Positions 50,841 to 63,067 of a stretch of DNA of 64,000 bases are shown here, piece by piece. Under the pieces are notes generated by a model, which had not been told where the DNA came from, made no database searches, and saw only the letters and a list, made by a program, of their open reading frames with translations. The translations under genes and the position numbers were made by a program. Within the stretch, counting starts at the first letter, position 1. Each line of letters begins with the position of its first letter. The DNA comes from Callorhinchus milii (taxonomy: Eukaryota): contig NW_024704745.1 of assembly GCF_018977255.1 (NCBI RefSeq), positions 55,242,001 through 55,306,000 of the forward strand, in the 5' to 3' direction.

Positions 50841-51626
50841 TCGTATAAGCAACGTAAATAACAAAATTGGAGATGTTTATGGGAAATACAAGGGAATAAT
50901 ATTATGGAAGAGTCACTCAAAGTCAATCTTAATGACCATATCCATAACAACGTAGCATTGGGACTGCATATCTGATTTTTTAAAGAAAATATATCTTTAC
51001 ATTCATTTCAAACCAGAAGATAACATCAACGGTAAGGGTTTGAAGATAATGAACAGCCTCCCCAATATTGACAACGGACACAAAGAAAGAGAAGGATGAA
51101 GGTGGAAAATGTATTTAATGTGCTACTTAGATATTAGGAAATGACTTGCACTGATAATTTATAGAAGGATCAAAAGAAGAAAAACTTTTCTTTAAAAAAA
51201 TACAATGAGGTAATTGTTTTTCAGGGACAAAAATGTTTCGATGATGAATGTTATTTGCAGCTAATATTTAACCCATACATTATGTACAGAGTCCTGCTTA
51301 AGCACTGGGTGGGCATCAAACTATAAACATTATTGAGACTTTACTACAGCTTTGGTGACATAATCGTCTTAAAATGGTTGAGAGCTAATTCCTTCAGCAC
51401 TTGGCTCCATTTTTCTGTAAATCTTTCGTATCAATTTAGACAAGTTTTTCAGCAGCTCAGAGTGGTAGAAATGCAGTATTTTGAGTTTTTATGCTGCTCA
51501 GCTTGATAAGAGAGACACAGCAAGACTGAGTGCTCCTTTGTCCACTTTCTGCTCCGGAAATATGCCAGCGGGAGAGGCAGGATCAATAAAAGACCAATTT
51601 TCTATGTGTAGATGCAATATATATAT

Positions 51627-52152
51627 ATATAGAATCATAGAATCCTAAAATATTACAGCACAGAAGCAGGCCATTCGGCCCATCGTGCCTCTGCCCGCTC
51701 TTTGGAAGAGCTGCCCAATCAGTTCAACTCCCCCGCTTCTATCCCCATATTCTTGCAATTTTTTTCTTTTTCAAGTACCTATCTAATTCCCTTTTGAAAG
51801 TTGTTATTAAATTGGTTCCCACCACCCTTTCAGGGAGTGCATTCCAGGCCGTAACAACTCTTTGTGCAAAAAAATCCTCATCTCCCCGCTGGTTCTTTTG
51901 CAAAACATCTTAAATCTGTGTACCCTTGTTACTGACCCATCTGCCAGTGGAAACAGTTTCTCCCTATCTACTTTATCAAAACCCATTATGTGAAATCTCC
52001 TCTTAACCTTTTCTGCTCTAAGGAGAACAATCCCAACTTCTCTTGCCTCTCCATATAACTAAAGTTCTTCATCCTTGGTACCTTTCTGGTAAATCTTCTC
52101 TGCACTCTTTCCAAGTCCTTGATATCCCTCCTAAAATGTGGTACCTGCCCAC
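51627..52152 (-). mobile_element. CR1 3' fragment, (GATTCTAT)n-tailed family
   Basis: Tail atagaatcatagaatc next to a (TA)n run. Reads PHFRRDIKDLERVQRRFTR...LGLFSLEQKRLRGD. Confidence 0.88.
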
Positions 52153-52994
52153 AGTGGAATGGTTTGGATACTCTTAAACATAGTGATGGCTTTCTGCATG
52201 TGCCAGTCATCCAACAATACTTACGTTCCTACAAAACTAACGCTATGAGTTAAACAATTTAGATTTGAATAAACAGTTTGGGAACAATCTATTTAGTTCG
52301 CTGAAAGCCTCCATTCAGAACTTTTGTTTTCTTAATAACAATTACACATCTTTTTATTTGCATTCTGTGCACAAGATCCTACTGAACCACTTTCCATCAT
52401 CCTCCACATATTTGTTTTATTCCTCACAACTAAATAGTATTTAAAGCAATGTTTCTGCAGACCAAACCAGCATATGAATCAATCCTTGTAGCAATTAAAC
52501 CTTGTACCATTCAAATTTTTATGAAGAATTTTGATTCAAGAAATTGACTCGATATACAATGGAAATAAAGCACTATGGAAATTAATGCAGTAAAGCTTGT
52601 CCTTCACAGGTTTTTAATGTTGCTCATAAATACCCATTGGTATGTGTACATGAATAAAAGACTCTGAGGAAAGTTTGGAAGGATGCCATAAACTATCTTA
52701 CATGAATACGTTTCTGTTTTATTACATGATCAAAACCTAATGTTGTACTACATTTTTTCTGTTCATTGGATATAAAGAATCAAGGGTGGTAAATTTGGCT
52801 AGACAAAGTCTTCAGTGCTAAGTGCACCAGGGTATAAATGCATGGAATAGTCCCACACGTAGTAGTTCTTGTGACCTTCAGCTACCTTCTTGGACTGAAA
52901 CAATAACAAACGTATGCAATGTGAAAGATCTGTACTAGGACCCATCCTGTTCCTCGTATACCTAGAATTATGTGTATTCACAAATACTATGTTG

Positions 52995-53800
52995 TGCAAT
53001 GGAATTAGAGGAGGCAGTCATGATCTTACTTAGAGAGCTCAGCAGCCAATCTTTGGTAAATGCAGTTCAATACAGATTAAGGCATGGAATTTATATAGAA
53101 AATTAAATGAGAGGATGAATGGGTGGATGGACGGGAGAATAGAACTTAGCAAGGGGAAACTTGAAAGATCTAGAGGTATTGCTTAACTCCTTAATCAATA
53201 TGTCCATACACTTTGAGGCAGCAATAAACAAGGCAAATAGGATGACAATTTACATTGTCAAATCAGTGGAGTTTTGATAACCTAAATCATACTTAATCTG
53301 TGTGGTGTTATGGGTAAGGCACACCTAGAGTACCACATTCAGTTCCAATCGCTGCAACATAATAGGACTGCCTCGGACCTAGAAGCAAAAGGGATACTGA
53401 GGCTGATTTCCAATTTTAGAGAACTCACTATGGGGAATGACTAGATAAACTGAGGAACTTCAGCTTTCAAAAACAGCATCTCAGAGGAAAGCTTATCAAA
53501 GTACAGTATATATAAAATGCTTAATGGGATAGAGAAAATGAACCCAGAACAATATTTTTAGATATGGCAAATTAATAGGACAAGAGGCCAGGATTGTTAA
53601 AGTAACTTTTGGATCTGCAACTGGAAAACATTTTTTTCGCATAGAAGGAATCAACAGTTGAACCAAGTGAGTAGAAATGATGGTAAAGGCAAGAGCTTGA
53701 GTTCATTTTTAAAAAAAAGAGCTGGTGTAAAGAGAAGATAATAGGTTTGGCATTCAGGAAGTACGAGATTAAATGGCCTGCAGAGTCGTCTTGAACTGAA
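52995..53800 (+). mobile_element. Highly degraded CR1 ORF2 3' fragment
   Basis: Traces of W.MQFN, KANRM, VR.HLEY..QF, LRG.LI.V and RTRG motifs. Confidence 0.55.
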
Positions 53801-55049
53801 CTTCTCTTGAAACATAAACTGACCTTCATAACATTTGCACTACTTGTAACCATGAACCACAGAACACTGAGACCAGCTTTGCTGAAGGTCTCACCTTGAT
53901 GAATGCCAATTCTTCAAATATAATTGTCCCTGGGGGTGTTGGATCAATTCAGCTGAAGTCAATATGTTTTAGAATAAGCTACAAGAAAGATGGGTAGGAA
54001 TGCATCCTCCACAGGGGCTCTTCCAAACACAAAAAATGTTCTCTTGTGTTTCTACCTTTGGACTCTATCCACAATTTCTTTTAACTAAGAAGGTAGGTCC
54101 CAAGGTACAGTGACACAGTACAAACAAACTTAATTATAGACCTGGTAAATGTATAACAAAGCTTGACCTCCACGCGTTCAAATTTACTCTTTTATGTGGT
54201 CAATCATTCATTGTATAGAGTGACTAAGTTAGGTTTATCACGTCCTTCAGGTTGGATAGGTTCTGTTCAGTTCCCATGGTGATTGAGAAGCCTTGGTTTA
54301 CAAAGCCTGTTTTGCAATCTCCAGTGATGTTCCTTGTGCAAACAAAATCTGGAAAATTGCCGATGCAAGAGAAACCTCATATCTCCCTTGATAAATAATC
54401 AAAGCAATTCAGCACGGCGAGAGAGAAGTAGAATACATAATGTGCACAAGGTATACTACAGATCTGAATGGGATCTTAATAGTATTCTGGGTTACGTTAT
54501 ATATGGACAAATAATAGTCCAAGATTAGGTTCTGACAAATATGAATGAAGGATTAACATGGTCTTTGAATTCTTGATAAGAATCTGCATTAGTGAACCTA
54601 CTGAATTTTCATTCCCCACTTCAATTATTTTCAGACAGGTAATCTTCCATTTGCTGTTAATGGCCGCTTCCATTAGTTTTCTAATTTGCTGATCAAGACC
54701 GGGAAATTAAACATAAATTGTACAACATGGAGCTGGCAGTAACCAAATGCACAAGAGGAGTTATCTGATCTGAGTAAAATTATCATGGAAATAATTCTTG
54801 CATTTTATATTGAGCCTTATGATGCCTGTCAAAATGTTCCAAAACATTTCACAGGATTTAATATAAAGTGGAGCGACTGCAATTTTATGCTATATAATTT
54901 AACCCAGACTACTATTAACACCCTATTCAGGTCTGTGGTGTATTTTGTGCAACCATTATTCTATCTCCTCTCTGTGCTGAATCGCTTTGATTCTTCAACA
55001 AGTGAGTTATGAACTTTCTCTTGCAATTTTCCAGATTTTATTTCACTGA

Positions 55050-55375
55050 GATGAGGTGGAGGGACTCCAGGACAGAGTTCCAGAGTGAGGGGGACAAAAA
55101 GGCTAAAAGTTGACCATCAACAGTGGGGCAGGCTGGTGTCTGCTGAGCTCAAGGTGGGTTGGTAGGGTTTCTAGAAGGTCAAAGAGGTAGGGTGGGGCAA
55201 GACCATATTGGAATTTAAAGGTGAGGATGAGGATCTTAGACTTAATCCTTTGGGGTTTGGGGAGCCAGGCAAGAATGGGGGTGATAGACTCATGAAGCCT
55301 CATATGGGAGAGGACACAAGTTGCAAAGTTAGGAAATCTGGCAAGCAGAAACATAATGCAGACTAGCCTGGACGT
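55050..55375 (-). mobile_element. L2 LINE ORF2 C-terminal fragment
   Basis: Reads ITPILAWLP.PQRIKSKILILTFK...GLAPPYLFDLL. Confidence 0.7.
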
Positions 55376-55821
55376 GATGAACTTTAGTTTTAAAAAAAAC
55401 TGATAAATAGCAAAACAATGAGATGCAAGACTGCCACTGCCAATGGAGGGTAAGTATATTAGCGGTGTGCTCAAGGTCTTATTTAAAATGGAATAAGAAC
55501 AATCATCTACCTATGAGGATAGTTCAGTGTTATACGTTTTATAACAAGGACAGTGTTCCTTGATGATTTTTCTACCTTTGCTTTGCAATCCCTCCTCCCT
55601 GTGGATTGATGCCGTCTCAAGGCAATGTGTTTAATGGGCTGATGTTTTAAGCAAAATTGGTCAGCTGGGTGCCTGACCATGCGGAAACCCATCAAACCAA
55701 ACTAAGTTCCTACATATGGAAATATGTGTATCTGGAATGGAATGTGCATTTTCGCTGGAGGGATGCATCCTGCTTTCCTAATTACAAAATATTAGCCACA
55801 GATTGGTAAGAGTCAAAGCTC

Positions 55822-55975
55822 ACTCAATCCACGACTGTTTGTGGGACACTGCTGTGAGCAATTGGCTACTGCATTCTGCTCACAAAATATACAGTTTTAC
55901 CCTTTACTATATATTCTGTGAAGTGCTTTCAGACGTCTCAAAGATGTGATAAGGGGCTATATTAAATGCAAGAAT
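55822..55975 (+). mobile_element. DeuSINE 3' fragment
   Basis: caatccacgactgtttgtgggacactgctgtgagcaattggct...ctatattaaatgcaag. Confidence 0.75.
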
Positions 55976-56242
55976 TGTAAATATGGATCAGAACCATTGT
56001 GCATGTTTAAGGTCGGCTGAAAAGAGGCAAATTCTCTTTATAGACAAATTTTCTTTCTGCATTACAAAGGCTATTACCTCGAAACTCCACACACTTCACC
56101 CAAATCTTCTCCAGTATGAGATCACCAAGCTTCCTTGCTTAGTCACAACAAATGCATTTCTTACTTTAACCTATTCAATTAGACTAATTTTTACAAGTTA
56201 AACATATCGCAGTATGTGTACTCACATGTTAAATATATAAGA

Positions 56243-59200
56243 AGACCCGAAGGCTTTGTTGCCTCCTTGGGGCCGGGGTGAAGGATGTCTCAGCAGGGCT
56301 AGAGGATAATTTAAAATATGAGGGCAAGGATCTGTTGGTAGTACTTCACATAGGTACCAATGACATTGGTAGAGTTGGCCAAGATGACTAGAGAAGGGAA
56401 TTCGAAGAGCTGGGGTCCAAATTGAAGTCGAGATCATCAAAGGTGGTAACATCAGGACTACTGCCTGTACCATACGACAATTGGTACAAGAACAAACAAA
56501 TTAAGGACTTGAACGCATGGCTGAAAGAGTGGTGCGGAACTCAGGTTTTTTTTTAATGGGCCATTGGCACGAGTTTTGGAGGAAAAGAGAGCTCTTTCAG
56601 AGAAAAGGGCTGCATTTAAATAGTACTGGGACAAATGTCCAAGCTAAACAAATTAACAGGGAAATAAATAGGAATTTAAACTAGTAAAGGTGGGGGAATA
56701 TATAGGTAAGAGAGACCATAAGTTAGCATTAGAAAAAGTAAAGATGACAATGCAGAATAGCATGCCAGATAATAGGAATATGTTAACTAGGAGTAAGAAG
56801 CTTGGCAAAGTAGATAAGGAATCAGAGAGTAGAGGAAATGGTAGGAAATTAAAAATGTTATATCTGAATGCACAAAGCATTCAGAATAAAACTGATGAAT
56901 TAAAAGCACAGATAGACACATATGAGTACGATCTAGTAGCCATCAATGAAACATGGTTACAAGGAGATCTTGGGTGGGAGTTAAATATTCCAGGGTTCTC
57001 AGTTTACAGGAAAGACAGGCACTGTGGGAAATGAGGTGGGGGCTTAGCCCTGTTAATTAGGGATGAAATAAAAGCAGTGGCGAGGAAGGATCTGAAATCC
57101 GATGACCAGGAGGTCGAGACAATATGGGTGGAAATAAAAAATAATAAAGGGCAGAAAATATTAATGGGAGTGGTTTATAGACCCCCAAACAGCAATTACA
57201 GTATAGCACAGGGTATTAATCAAGAAATCAGTGGAGCACGTAAGAAAGGTAAGAACATAAGACCCTAAGTGTCTATCCAGCCCTTTAAGGATCTTATATG
57301 TTTCAATAAGATCTCCCCTAATTCTTCTGTACTCTAGAGAATATAGCCCTAGTTTATTCAGCTTATCCTCATAGGTCAGTCCCCTCATCCCAGGAACTAA
57401 CCTAGTGAATCTACGCTGCACCCCGTCTGCGGCAAGTATGTCCTTTTTTAAATAAGGAGACCAAAACTGCACACAATACTCTAGGTGCAGTCTCACCAAA
57501 GCCCTATACAGTTGCAGCAAGACTTCCCTACTCTTGTACTCTAAACCTTTTGCAATGAACTCTAACATGCCGTTCGCCTTCTTAGTTGCTTGCTGCACCT
57601 GCCCAAACTAACTTTTTGAGACTGGTGTACAAGGACACCCAAATCCCTCTGAACACTAAGACTATCTAATCTCTCCCCCTCTAGAAAATAATCTGTTTTT
57701 CTCTTTTTTCTACCTAGGTAAATAACTTCACACTTCCCCACATTAAATTCCATCTGCCACCTACTCGCCCACTCCCCCAGCCTATCTATATCCCGTTGCA
57801 ATCTTTTTGCATCATCCTCAGAGCTTACACTCCCACCTAGTTTAGTGTCATCCACAAATTTACATACGTTATATTCAATGTCCTCGTCTAGATCATTGAT
57901 GTAAATTGTAAATAGCTGAGGCCCAAGCACTGATCCTTGTGGCACTCCACTGGTCACATCCTGCCAATTCGAGAATGACCCGCTTATCCCTATTCTCTGT
58001 TTTCTACCCATTAGTCACTCTTCAATCCATGCTAATATGTTCCCATTAATCCCGTGGGCCTTAACCTTGTGCAATAGCCTTTTGTGTGGCACTTTGTCAA
58101 ATGCCTTTTTAAAATCTAAATATACTACATCTACTGGTTCCCCCCTATCTAACCTGCTAGATACATCTTCAAAATACTCTAAAAGATTAGTTAAGCATGA
58201 CTTCCCATTTGTAAAGCTATGTTGACTCTGCCTAATCTTGTTATGGTCTTCCAGGAATCCCATAACGACATCTTTAATTAAGGACTCAAGAATTTTCCCA
58301 ACCACTGATGTCAGACTAACTGGTCTATAGTTCCCCATCTTTTCTCTCCCACCCTTCTTAAATAGTGGTGTTACATTTGCAATCTTCCAATCAATGGGAA
58401 CCGTTCCGGAATCCAGAGAATTTTGGAAGATCAAAGACAAGCCATCCACTATCTCAGTAGCCGCCTCTTTTAAAACCGATAATAGTGGGTGATTTCAATC
58501 TCCACATAGATTGGGAAAACCAAATCGGCAACAGTAGGTCAGAAAAAGAGTTCATTGAGTGTATGAGAGATAACTTTCTAGAGCAGCATGCCGAGGAACC
58601 AACTAGGGGACAGGCCATCCTACACCTTGTTTCGTGTAACAAAACAGGGCTAGTTGGCAGTGTGGGTATTAAGAATCCTCAAGGGCAGAGTGATTACAAT
58701 ATGACTGAATTCTGCATTAAGTTAGAGAGGGAGATAGTTAAATCCGAGGCAAATATTCTGAATTGAAATAGGGCTAATTTTGTAGGTATGAGGAAAGATT
58801 TAGGTAAAATAGACTGGAGAATAAGAAGTAAAAATGTAGACCAACAGTGGCAAGTATTTAAGGATGAAGTGCAAAATTCTCAGCGGTCGCATATTCCCTT
58901 GCGGAATAAGAGTACCACAGGGAAAGCAATTCATCCGTGGCTAACTAGAGCAGTTAGGGAAAGTATCAAATTAAAAGAAAAGGCTTATAAAACTGCCAAG
59001 AAAAGCAGCAAATCTGAAGATTGGGAGAGTTTTAGAAACCAGCAAAAAAAAACTGAAAACTCATTAAGAGCGAGAAAAAGGAGTATGAGGGTAAGCTAGC
59101 TAGGAACATTAAGTCTGATTGTAAAAGTTTTTACAAATATACTAAGAGGAATAGGCGAGTGAGGGTAAAGGTAGGTCCACTACAGTCAGAGATAGGAGAA

Positions 59201-60929
59201 GTTGCAATGGAGTATAAGGACATGGCAGAGTGCCTAAATGGGTACTTTGCATCTGTCTTCACCCGAGAAGACACAACAAGTCTGCCAACAATAGAGATGC
59301 ACCGAGGGGTTAAGGACAGCGAGCAACTTAGGGAAATTTTCATGAGTAGAGAATTGGTGCGAGGGAAACTGTTAGCACTAAAAAGTGACAAATCCCCTGG
59401 TCCAGATGGCTTGCATCCCAGGGTTTTAAAAGAGGTAGCTTATGAGATAGTGGAGGCCTTATATCTGATCTTCCAAAATTCCTTGGATTCTGGAACAGTC
59501 CCCATGGATTGGAAGATCGTAAATGTCACATCACTATTTAAAAAAGGTGGAATGGAAAAGATGGAGAACTATAGGCCAGTTAGTCTCACATCAGCGATAG
59601 GAACAATTTTAGAATCATTGATTAAGGATGTGGTAGTGCGGTATTTAGGGGAGCACAATATAATTAGGCCAAGTCAAAATGGCTTTACAAAAGGTAAGTC
59701 ATGTTTGACAAATCTCATAGAGTTTTTTGAGGATATTTCCAGTAAACTAGATAAGGGTAAATCAGTGGATGTGGTCAATTTGGACTTCCAGAAGGTATTC
59801 AATAAGGTGCCGCTTAAAAGGTTAGTTCAAAAGATAAGGGCCCATGGATTTGGGGGAGCATATTAACGTGGATTGGGGAATGGTTAATGGATAGGAAACA
59901 AAGAGTAGGAATAAACGAGTCATTTTCAGATTGGCGGGATGTGACTAGTGGAGGATCAGTCCTTGGGCCTCAGCTATTTACCATCTACATCTAAATTAGC
60001 GGATGACACAAAACTATGAGGAAGTATCAATACAGAGGACGACATTAAAAAAATACAGCGAGACATAGATAGGTTAGGTGATTGGGCAGGAAGGTGGCAG
60101 ATGAAGTATAATGTAGGGAAGTGCGAAGTCATCCACCTAGGTAGCAAAAACAGTAGAGCGGGTTATTTTTTAGAAGGGGAGAGATTGGAATGTGTTAGTG
60201 TCCAGAGGGACTTGGGTGCCCTTGTACACCAATCACAGAAAGTTAGTCTGCAGGTGCAGCAGCAATTAGGAAGGCGAACGGTATGTTAGCATTCATTATG
60301 AAAGGATTAGAGTATAAGAGTAGGGAAGTCTGGCTGCAACTGTATAGGGCCCTGGTGAGACCACACCTGGAATACTGTGTGCAGTTTTGGTCTCCTTATT
60401 TAATAAGGAAGGATGTACTTACCTTGGAGGGGGTGCAGCGTAGATTTACTAGGTTAGTGCCAGGGATGAAGGGGATGAGTTACGAGGATAGGCTGATCAA
60501 TTTGGGCCTATATTCTCTAGAATATAGAAGAATTAGAGGGGATCTTATGGAAACCTATAAGATCATCAAAGGGCATGATAAGAGTAGATAGTGGGAGATT
60601 GTTTCCCCTGGTTGGAGAAACTAAAACCAGGGGTTACAACCTTAAAATCAGAGGTCAACCCTTTCCCACTGAGTTGAGGAAGAACTTCTTCACTCAAAGG
60701 GTGGTGAATATATGGAACGCACTACCCCAAAGGGCTGTTGACGCTCAGTCCTTGAACATATTCAAAACTGAGATAGATAGTTTTCTTATTGCAAAAGGGA
60801 TTAAGGGATATGGGGATAAGGCAGGGTCAGGTTATTAGCTGGAGTTAGATTAGAAGATCAGCCATGATTGAATGGTGGGGCAGGCTCGAAGGACCGAATG
60901 GCCAATCCTGCTCCTACATGTTATGTTAT
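56243..60929 (+). mobile_element. CR1-clade LINE, 5'-truncated within ORF1, decayed and interrupted by a nested inverted CR1
   Basis: ORF1 SGNH-esterase motifs (VLHIGTNDIG, SGLLPV, LNAWLKEWC, GLHLN). ORF2 endonuclease (YLNAQSI, INETWL, GVVYRPP, VGDFNL) and RT (KSPGPDGLHP, NYRPVSLTS, KSCLTNL, DFQKVF). C-terminus LVRPHLEYCVQFWSP...FFTQRVVNIWNALP. 3' UTR ends ggccaatcctgctcctacatgttatgtt. Frameshifts and small deletions are present. Confidence 0.93.
57250..58477 (-). mobile_element. Nested CR1 RT fragment inserted in opposite orientation into the host endonuclease domain
   Basis: ORFs 58015-58449, 57562-58011 and 57161-57598 form one contiguous CR1 RT segment ending in a TCTTATGTTCTTA tail. The host frame KKG(K)|PIIVGDFN resumes across it. 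Confidence 0.92.
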
Positions 60930-61361
60930 AATACTGATCCTTACATTTGAAATAGCAACTTATCACATTGTTGAAATGTCTCAAAGTGCTTCACAGGATA
61001 CAATTTTTGTGGTGTCATTGTGTCTATTTCGTGGGGAAATCAAGTGGAGGAAGCATGAAGTACTGGACAAATCATCCATGGAGGAAGAGAAAAGCCATGG
61101 AAAAATATAAACTCCTCAGCTATGGGATGGAATAATGGTCATGTCAGTGATGATTTATGTGAACATTTTAAATACTAGAGCACCTGGTAGTTCTTTCTAT
61201 GACCCTGCATCACCAACCTTTCTGCATTACACATTATCCCATTGCCTACAATTACTGCAATATCAGAAAAATACATCTTTACAGGAAAACCAGGAACTCA
61301 TAAACTTGATCATCCACAGATACAATACACACAGAATGTCAATGTTGTCTGATTGCTTTAC

Positions 61362-61501
61362 CTGAGTGGTAGCTGAATTAGTCCCTTCTGTGACTTCTAT
61401 CGTCATATTATATGTGGACCTCTGTTCAGCATCCAGCGTCTTTGCGATAACAATTGTACCCATGCCTTTCTCTATGTCAAATGAGTTGCCATAATTTCCA
61501 C
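61362..61501 (-). CDS. FAT3: FAT3-type cadherin exon A (140 bp, phase 1-0)
   Basis: Acceptor ttttacag|GT GGA AAT and donor CAG|gtaaag. Encodes [47 protein letters not shown]. Confidence 0.93.
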
Positions 61502-61664
61502 CTGTAAAATATAGGATAATATAAGTATTGTGTTATCACTAGTCTGGGAAATGAGGCTGAAAGAGACAATATTCGTTTTGCTATTTTGTTTCATTTCATT
61601 TTTAGTCCGCAAATTGTTATTTATACAAACTTTGCCCCAAACAGCAAATCAGTCCAAGATTCTA

Positions 61665-61875
61665 AATAATAATCCTGACATTTGGTATTATGCGTCTCAT
61701 GTGGGGAGGAGTTTCCAAAGCACTTCACAGGATATACTGTAAAGTGCAGTGACTGTGGATTTGTGGGCGAACACTGCAGCCAATTTGCACCCATTAATAT
61801 CCTACAAACAGTCTCAAAGTGAATGACCAATTTTATTTGGGGATTGTTGACCACAACACCGAGAGAAACCCCGCT
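61665..61875 (-). mobile_element. DeuSINE 3' fragment
   Basis: Contains the shared body and tail (aagcacttcacaggatatactgtaaagtg...gcagccaatttgcac...gaatgaccaatttt). Confidence 0.7.
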
Positions 61876-63067
61876 CTAATGATACTTGGATCAGAGTAAT
61901 CAATGGTCTTGCAGTTGTCCTCTACAAATAAATCAATTTTATACAAACTGTAAAAAAATCAAATTTCCAATTCTCAACTCTTTTGAACTACAATCTATAT
62001 TGATCAACAAGAGGAATACTGTCTCTTTGATCACTAAATTGAGGCAAATAGTTAAAACTTCAATTCAAGCATGTTACTTACAAATGTACCAGACAGTATG
62101 TCAAGTTCTTTCAAAGGAACAAAAACAATGCATTTTATCACTAAGAATACTAAAGCACAAGGGTGTTAATGCATAGTTTAATAAGTACCATTAGTATGAT
62201 TTCAGCAAGGCAGCTATATTTTTAGGCAACTGTTATACCACACATTTTAATCAACAGTTTAAAAAGTATTTCACATCTTCATACGCATCTTCATTAAAGA
62301 CACATTTAAAGTTAATAAATATCACTTCAAGCAAACAATTTGACTATGTACTTAATAATTACTCCAGTGCCCTCCCTGAATTAGATACAAGTGTCACAGT
62401 CACTGCAATAGAAACGGGGACCAGTGCTGAAGCCTTTTTCTTTTCAGGCAAAAAAATTCATGTATTGTATTCTGTAATGAAAGAGAGACGAGGCCATTGA
62501 GGAATGAGACCCCAGGCTGGGTATCTGAAGTTGTGCTTAATTGATACTTGCATCTGAAAGCATGAAGCATTTTTCCCGTTTGAAAATGGTGCCAGTCCCA
62601 ATTCTGTCTGCCACAAGTGGAGATGACAGATTGGGATGGGGGCGGTGGGCAGATCCTGTCGGTGATGACATTTCAGAATTCTGTCAAGATTCTCAAATCA
62701 TGTCTGACAGTGTGGCTTGGATCCAATTAGGACATAAAATCGTCAATGGATATGCTTGAAAAATAAATCACATTAAAATCTATGAAATAAATCTCCCACG
62801 GATTTATGAATCTGTGCTTATTCCATGGCTGCTTAACCTGCTTATTATGCATTTCCCATGACTAGAGCTTGAATATAACCTCAAGTCCATATTTTAAATA
62901 GAGATATTTAGAATAAAATGAAAGGTTACATTTTTATATTGACATTTTAATTGAAGTTGTTTTTATTTTAAAAATAACTCAATCTACTCTTCAAAATACA
63001 GTGAACATCACAAACATGGCATTCAATGGCAACTATGTGACTTCAGCTGGTTGGTCACCAGCAGTAC

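Larger units (their letters stand above)
1393..61501 (-). other. FAT3: Partial FAT3-type atypical cadherin gene (13 internal coding exons; gene extends beyond both window ends)
   Basis: The spliced translation gives tandem cadherin repeats (LDRE/LDYE, DxNDNxP, AxDxG motifs). It is colinear with vertebrate FAT3 as I recall it, e.g. [65 protein letters not shown]. All introns are GT-AG and phase-compatible. Confidence 0.9.

Noticed and set aside
57250-58477. Twin-priming inversion or inverted duplication of the host CR1
   Set aside because: The host still contains its own copy of this region, and the two differ at many synonymous sites, indicating an independent insertion.
56690-60838. RT and endonuclease ORF cluster as an active or domesticated element, or a novel RT system
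   Set aside because: Multiple frameshifts and stops, deletions in the RT core (VPQ and the segment before ADD are lost near 59950-60000) and a nested insertion. It is an ordinary dead CR1.
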